The notes beneath the pieces are model-generated. The model saw only the letters and a list, made by a program, of their open reading frames with translations, did no database searches and was not told the origin of the DNA. A stretch of DNA of 63,047 bases, the filler included, from Olpidium bornovanus S191 (taxonomy: Eukaryota; Fungi; Olpidiomycota): the NCBI GenBank assembly GCA_017911155.1. It is 31 parts of 31 records of this genome, joined end to end, with 100 filler letters (N's around TTAATTAATTAA, not from the genome) between each part and the next. Parts side by side here need not be neighbours in the genome. Positions count along the whole stretch, not along the records: positions 59,927 to 61,853 come from JAEFCI010009204.1; positions 61,954 to 63,047 come from JAEFCI010000386.1; 29 more parts are not named here. The stretch is one strand, 5' to 3'. This document shows positions 61,839 to 63,047 of the stretch, one piece after another. Numbering within the stretch: position 1 is the stretch's first letter; the number at the start of each line of letters is the position of its first letter. Position numbers and translations under genes: made by a program.

Positions 61839-63047
61839 TTTTTTCCCCCCCCGNNNNNNNNNNNNNNNNNNNNNNNNNNNNNNNNNNNNNNNNNNNNTTA
61901 ATTAATTAANNNNNNNNNNNNNNNNNNNNNNNNNNNNNNNNNNNNNNNNNNNNAGAATCCAGGCCTATTTATACTACGGGTTTGTACAGATTTTACAAGG
62001 GGAAGAGAGGGGTGTTGATTCCCGCAGGAGCAAGCCCCCGTAGCCCCTGTGCGCCCCCCCCTTTTTCTCTAACAGCGGCGGGGAGGCTGCCTGCCTGCCT
62101 GCGACTCAGCCCCCGCGGCCGCCTTCTTTGCAAACCAAGGGCCGCCTCGCACGCGCGCGGGAGGGGCGGGGAGGAAGAAAGAACGTTAAGGAAAGGGGGC
62201 GGGACGGAGGCGCCCGTGACGCGCAGCTTTCGTGTGCGACGCCAGATTTGTGCGTTGGCGTGACCGTCCCAACCCCGCCCCCTCACACCCCCGATTGGGA
62301 CTTGGGGCAACACTGCAAAAGGGAGGGGGGGGGTGTCGCTAAAGCCACTCTGCCGGGGATCGGCGCCGTCTGGCCTGCCAAACCTGAAACGCGCCGCGTG
62401 AAACGGGGCCCGTTCGTCGAACCGGCCGTGTCACGCGCCCTTGTCGTCACGGCAGCTTGACGAGGAAGACCTCTTCAGACAAAATTCCTGATGCAAGGTC
62501 CAACCGGTGGTTCGTGTTGAATCAAAAGGGGTCAAAGGGGGGAAGGGAGGGAATGGGGATCCGGAGGGGGAGGCGCACGCGAGTTCTGTTTGGACTGCGG
62601 GAGTTAGCTGCTTTGGGGGTGTGTGGGGGGAGCATGCTTTGAAAAGGGGGGGAGACCCGCGAGTCCCGTTTAAAACTGCGGGCGTCGCGTGGGAAACAAG
62701 AAGGAAAGCTCGAGAGGCGCGGCCGATCCTTCACCGCACAACAACCCGCAAGATGGAAAGACGCCTGCAGTTCATCCGTCCGGGCTCAGCCGGAGATTGG
62801 AAAAAAAAAAACTTTTCTTTTGGAGCGTCCCTTGCCGAACGGCGTGTTGCACGCCGTGCGGTTGGTGTGTGGAACCGAGTTGTTTTTGTTTTTTTTTTTC
62901 ATTCTTTCTTTCCTAGCCGCGCTGCGTCAGACTCCCTGCGAGAAAACAATCAAAGCGAAAGAGAGAGAGAGTGTGTGTGTGTGGCGTGTGCGTGCGCGTG
63001 TGCGTCTGCGTCCGCGGGTCCCTTTCTGCCTATTTCGGACGATCATG

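Overview
This is not a contiguous locus. It is a pseudo-scaffold of 31 short eukaryotic contigs (about 1.1-3.8 kb) joined by an identical artificial 100-nt spacer (N44-TTAATTAATTAA-N44, stops in all six frames), so gene adjacency across spacers means nothing. The genes carry spliceosomal introns and are mostly truncated. Fungal markers (myosin-motor chitin synthase, Chs7, GPI chitin deacetylase, Tup1, Dbf4) occur with a dynein heavy chain fragment and an animal/ciliate-type glutamate dehydrogenase. Together these suggest a GC-rich, homopolymer-rich, probably zoosporic early-diverging fungus (Olpidium-like; inference, not verified). Recognisable genes are DBF4, PRE3, NOP10, TUP1, CUL1, RSM10, a RasGEF, a DUF1640/CCDC90-type protein, glycogen debranching enzyme, SPC1, CHS7, an Est1/SMG6-family protein, a flavin amine oxidase, GDH, STT3, a dynein heavy chain, aspartyl-tRNA synthetase and one tRNA-Gln(CTG). 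Retroelement remnants and small repeats are also present. I found no multi-gene novel system that the sequence can support. The best single-gene leads are a 120-aa secreted Lys/Asn/Tyr-rich KK-repeat protein, a tRNA-Gln with a T1-C72 mismatch, an intronless L-amino-acid-oxidase-like gene, and a strongly degenerate dynein motor. All protein identifications come from motif recognition by eye, not database searches.
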